A stretch of DNA of 64,000 nucleotides, taken from an uncultured Candidatus Saccharibacteria bacterium. Its GTDB lineage: Bacteria > Patescibacteriota > Minisyncoccia > Phycocordibacterales > UBA9973. Position 1 is the stretch's first letter. Each line of letters starts with the position of its first letter. The notes under the pieces were generated by a model. That model saw only the letters and a program-made list of their open reading frames with translations, ran no database searches and was not told where the DNA came from. The position numbers were made by a program, and so were the translations under genes. Positions 60,913-64,000 of this stretch are shown here, one piece after another. The stretch is taken from NCBI GenBank assembly GCA_964441495.1, contig CAYTXV010000002.1, forward strand, positions 9,168 to 73,167. Direction: 5' to 3'.

Positions 60913-62367
60913 ATGCTCGAGTTGTTTGCAGGTGTCCTCACACTAGGCGCGCTTATGTACCACACGTTTGGGATGTCGGTTGTTGATGTCGCATATGTTG
61001 GCGTGGTCGGCGCGATCAGTATCGGTATCATCCTTCGCTCACGAGCTGGAGTAGTGCTCGCAGTTATCGCAGGAGCGACATTTGTGCTTGGTGCGGTCGC
61101 AGTATGGAGAGTCGATACACCAGTTGATGCGCACATCTACGGCAACCGAGCATTTGATGCACGCGTCGTCTCTGTCGATCGCAGACTCGACAAGACAAAC
61201 CTCATTGTTTTGGACAAGGTATACAATGCCAAGCTCCAAGCAAGTGTTTCTGGGCGAACCCTTGTACTTCCGGGGGACACTGTCACTGTACGTGGATCTG
61301 TCACTTTGCCACAAGATTTTGTGACAGATAGTGGGCGAATGTTTGGGTATGAAGCGTACCTCAAGAGCAAAGGTATCGTCGGTATCGTACAGCAATCAAT
61401 CATCGGTCCGGTAACCGCATCACAGATGAGTCTTGCGCGTATACCAACGATCATTAGGTATTGGGTCGCGGATACGTTTGCGTCGTACATAGCATTTCCA
61501 TTTGACGGCGTAGTTGCAGGGATGACGGTTGGCTATCAAGGAGGACTTCCAGAGTATATCGCTGATCTGTTTCGAGATACTGGGGTACTGCACGTACTGG
61601 TACTCTCAGGATACAACATCACACTTCTTGCAGGATTTCTCGCTGTTCTCTTGAGAGGACTCTCCTTTAAACTGAGAAGTGCGATCACAGTTGTAGCGAT
61701 ACTCATGCTTGTCCTTGTCAGCGGTGCCGGTGTTGCCTCTGTGCGCGCCGGAGTGATGGGAAGTATTGCGGTTGCTGCAGGGCTATGGGTGAGGAGTTAT
61801 CAACCGATGCGCGCACTCGTTGTTGCGTATATCTGTTTCTTTTTCCTCTCGCCAACGATGATCTTTGTAGATCCTGGGTTTCATCTTTCATTTCTTGCGA
61901 CGATGTTTATGATTCTCATCCTTCCCAAGATCGAGCATATGTTTCACTGGATCCCGCGCACCAGACACGTTGATCTGCGAGAGCTTCTCATGCTTGCACT
62001 CACTGCACCAGTATTTATGCTGCCGTACCTTATGTACTTTTCTGGGACATTTCCGGTTGCATCGCCACTTGCAAATATACTCTTTGCACTCGTAACACCA
62101 CTCATCATGAGCGCAGGGATCGTACTTGTTGTATGTAGTATCATTCCACCTCTAGCAGGACTTGTTGGATCAATCGTTTCCTTTGGTGGCACTGCAGTGC
62201 TTAGGCTCCTTGGTCTATGCGCACGACTTCCTATATGGGAAACCCCACCAGTGCCATGGTGGGGTGTTGTAGGTGTGTATGGGGCGCTCGTCTGCGTGTT
62301 GTTTAAGCGAGAAATTGCTGCGTATGTTTTGCATCAGTATAGAAGGCTTCGGCGCGTTCCCAGTTGA
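60913..62367 (+). CDS. comEC: ComEC/Rec2 competence channel protein, membrane portion only (OB/DUF4131-like + competence domain)
   Basis: 484 aa, polytopic, with TGVLHVLVLSGYNITLLAG, typical of the ComEC competence domain. It lacks the metallo-beta-lactamase domain. Confidence 0.8.
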   Translation: MLELFAGVLTLGALMYHTFGMSVVDVAYVGVVGAISIGIILRSRAGVVLAVIAGATFVLGAVAVWRVDTPVDAHIYGNRAFDARVVSVDRRLDKTNLIVLDKVYNAKLQASVSGRTLVLPGDTVTVRGSVTLPQDFVTDSGRMFGYEAYLKSKGIVGIVQQSIIGPVTASQMSLARIPTIIRYWVADTFASYIAFPFDGVVAGMTVGYQGGLPEYIADLFRDTGVLHVLVLSGYNITLLAGFLAVLLRGLSFKLRSAITVVAILMLVLVSGAGVASVRAGVMGSIAVAAGLWVRSYQPMRALVVAYICFFFLSPTMIFVDPGFHLSFLATMFMILILPKIEHMFHWIPRTRHVDLRELLMLALTAPVFMLPYLMYFSGTFPVASPLANILFALVTPLIMSAGIVLVVCSIIPPLAGLVGSIVSFGGTAVLRLLGLCARLPIWETPPVPWWGVVGVYGALVCVLFKREIAAYVLHQYRRLRRVPS

Positions 62368-62905
62368 GCTGTGCGATAAAGTCTGCGATGTACTGCTTTT
62401 TGCCGCTTGGTTGATAGTCTGCAACGTATGCGTGTTCCCACATGTCGAGTGCGATGATCGGTGTTGTGCCTTGGAGCTGCCCGAGGTGCTGTTCATCGAT
62501 CCAGTGCATGATGAGACTAGAAGCTTTGGCATCATATGAAAGTACTGCCCAGCCGACACCACGAGTAAGTGCAAGTACTCCAAAGAGCGCAGTGAACTGG
62601 TCGAGGCTACCCCACTTTGCTTGTATCGCAGCAACAAGTGTCGGTGCACTTGTGGTCGCAGTTGTTCCGTCAACGAGTGCAAAGTACACTTCATGGTTGC
62701 GCATACCGTTGTACTCAAATGCAAATCTGCGGTAAAGCTCACCGGCTTCGTATACTTTGGATTCATCGCCTTGGTACTCCTCTAGCTTGGTAAGGATAGT
62801 GTTTGCATTTTTGACATAACCACTGTAGAGCTTCTGGTGTTCGTCGTGAGTCATCTGGGAAATCTTGCCAAAAGGGCGTGGTGTCATTTGTTGTTCGGTA
62901 AACAT
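62303..62905 (-). CDS. sod: Fe/Mn-family superoxide dismutase
   Basis: 200 aa with NGMRNHEVYF, GVGWAVL and DMWEHAYVADY. Its 3' end overlaps the 3' end of comEC by 65 nt (convergent). Confidence 0.85.
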   Translation of the reverse strand: MFTEQQMTPRPFGKISQMTHDEHQKLYSGYVKNANTILTKLEEYQGDESKVYEAGELYRRFAFEYNGMRNHEVYFALVDGTTATTSAPTLVAAIQAKWGSLDQFTALFGVLALTRGVGWAVLSYDAKASSLIMHWIDEQHLGQLQGTTPIIALDMWEHAYVADYQPSGKKQYIADFIAQLNWERAEAFYTDAKHTQQFLA

Positions 62906-62920
62906 ATACTTGGAGTATAC

Positions 62921-63775
62921 ATGAAACGTCAGTATCGTTCACTTCTTATATTGTGTTTTGTTGTTGCCATACTTTTTGTGGCTATTTTGGTGCTTCGTCC
63001 CAAAGATACGCAGGAGACCGGATCACTTGCGATGCTCAACATCGGGCAAGGCGATAGTTTCCTCATCACCGCACCGAGCGGTGCACAACTCCTGATTGAT
63101 GGCGGCAAAGATAGTAAGGTGCTCACTGAGCTTGCGCGCGTCATGCCACGAGGAGACTTTTCTATCGATGTTGTGATCGGGACACATCCAGATGCAGACC
63201 ATATCGGTGGGTTACCACTTGTGTTTGACCGGTATCGTGTAGGACTGTATCTCACTACCGAAGCACAAAGTGAATCAAAAGTGTTTGACGATCTCAATGC
63301 GATCATTGCTCAAAAAGGTATACCTGCATACTACGCACGCGCAGGGATGCGAGTCATACTTGATCCAACGACGAGCTTCACAGTACTTTTCCCAGATCGT
63401 GATACGACAGGATGGGAGACCAACACCGCGTCTGTCGTCGGTCGGCTCGACATCGGCGAGGCGAGCGCGCTCATGACCGGTGACTCGCCGACCTCCATCG
63501 AAACATACCTTGCAGCCAACAACCCAAAAGTAATCGACGTCGACATCCTTAAGCTTGGACATCACGGTTCCAAGACCTCAAGTAGTGAGGCATTTCTCCG
63601 CGCAACGAGTCCGTCACTTGCGCTCATCTCTGCTGGTGTAAACAACCGATATGGTCATCCTGCACCTGAGGTGATCGATAGGCTTACCAAACTCAAGATC
63701 CCTTGGGTTTCCACGCAAGACAAGGGGACCGTGGTATTTATTCCTTCTGGAACAAGCTGGAGTATCAAAAAGTAA
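62921..63775 (+). CDS. membrane-anchored metallo-beta-lactamase-fold protein (ComEC C-terminal-domain homologue)
   Basis: 284 aa from MKRQYRSLLILCFVVAILFVAILVL, with NIGQGDSFLITAP..LLIDGG, GTHPDADHIGG, LKLGHHGS and NRYGHP. Confidence 0.8.
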   Translation: MKRQYRSLLILCFVVAILFVAILVLRPKDTQETGSLAMLNIGQGDSFLITAPSGAQLLIDGGKDSKVLTELARVMPRGDFSIDVVIGTHPDADHIGGLPLVFDRYRVGLYLTTEAQSESKVFDDLNAIIAQKGIPAYYARAGMRVILDPTTSFTVLFPDRDTTGWETNTASVVGRLDIGEASALMTGDSPTSIETYLAANNPKVIDVDILKLGHHGSKTSSSEAFLRATSPSLALISAGVNNRYGHPAPEVIDRLTKLKIPWVSTQDKGTVVFIPSGTSWSIKK

Positions 63776-63799
63776 AACCACCTCGGGTGAGGTGGTTTT
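63774..63799. terminator. bidirectional intrinsic terminator between convergent genes
   Basis: aaaaccacctc-gggt-gaggtggtttt. Confidence 0.75.
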
Positions 63800-63812
63800 G
63801 AGCGGTATGGTT

Positions 63813-64000
63813 ATTTGATAACACCAGCTTTTTTGAGAGTTGCGTACGCGCCGTTTTTGGCAAGTGTGCGGATACCTTTTGCAGATACGACGAGTGCTAC
63901 ACTTTTGCCGAGCTCAGGAACGTACACACGCTTCTTTTGGAGGTTTGCGTACTTGCGACTAGGGGTGATCGGGTTAAACTTGGTCGCACGAACCTTGGTC
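63813..64000 (-). CDS. rpmB: 50S ribosomal protein L28, C-terminal part (gene runs off the right edge)
   Basis: The reverse-strand frame reads ...TKVRATKFNPITPSRKYANLQKKRVYVPELGKSVALVVSAKGIRTLAKNGAYATLKKAGVIK*, which matches the L28 C-terminus. It is absent from the ORF track because it is open at the edge. Confidence 0.8.

Noticed and set aside
1-64000. CRISPR arrays, rRNA genes, transposases/IS elements, reverse transcriptases (retron/DGR) and alternative genetic code (UGA recoding)
   Set aside because: I saw no regularly spaced direct repeats and no rRNA-like segments. I saw no DDE, serine-recombinase or RT motifs in any frame. All conserved genes are full-length under the standard code without needing UGA read-through.

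Overview
This 64-kb window reads as a chromosomal segment of a small-genome bacterium, probably Patescibacteria/CPR-like. That placement is an inference from gene content: compact housekeeping genes, many secreted or membrane-anchored proteins with no recognisable family, a minimal Gram-positive-type T4SS, competence genes and a trigger factor lacking its PPIase domain. All long ORFs are open under the standard code, so no UGA recoding is needed. I can support about 65 CDS, 5 tRNAs and many intrinsic terminators. I found no rRNA, CRISPR array, transposase or relaxase. Housekeeping genes include rsmA, uvrD/pcrA, rpsO, xerC/D, xth, cca, yraN, hup, rny, clpP, tig, ppa, nusA, tpiA, pgk, a HIT protein, recJ, rnhA, sod and the 3' end of rpmB. 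The main findings are as follows. (1) A 14.5-kb, 12-gene minus-strand operon encodes a minimal T4SS-like apparatus (VirB4, PrgI/VirB3-like, VirB6-like, VirB1-like hydrolase plus eight unassignable envelope proteins). It is fused to core genes, and a VirD4-like ATPase lies 22 kb away. (2) An 18-bp perfect palindrome, CCTGCCTGCGCAGGCAGG, sits in frame in three unrelated genes and always encodes LPAQ(A/T)G. (3) A dense cluster of CAYGTG-centred palindromes (half-site GTTACAC) lies inside cca, next to a small wHTH gene whose promoter carries a related 23-bp palindrome. (4) Two surface-protein clusters include a tail-fibre-like protein with a peptidase-S74 chaperone domain, GYAW-repeat paralogues, and a protein with a complete Hint (bacterial intein-like) domain in front of a Cys-rich tail. 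(5) comEC is split by a convergent sod gene. (6) A TGn-TAtACT box recurs 6-9 nt upstream of ATG codons, which suggests leaderless mRNAs. (7) There are promoter/terminator-bounded candidate small genes and ncRNAs. All functional calls rest on motifs I recognise by eye; no database search was run.
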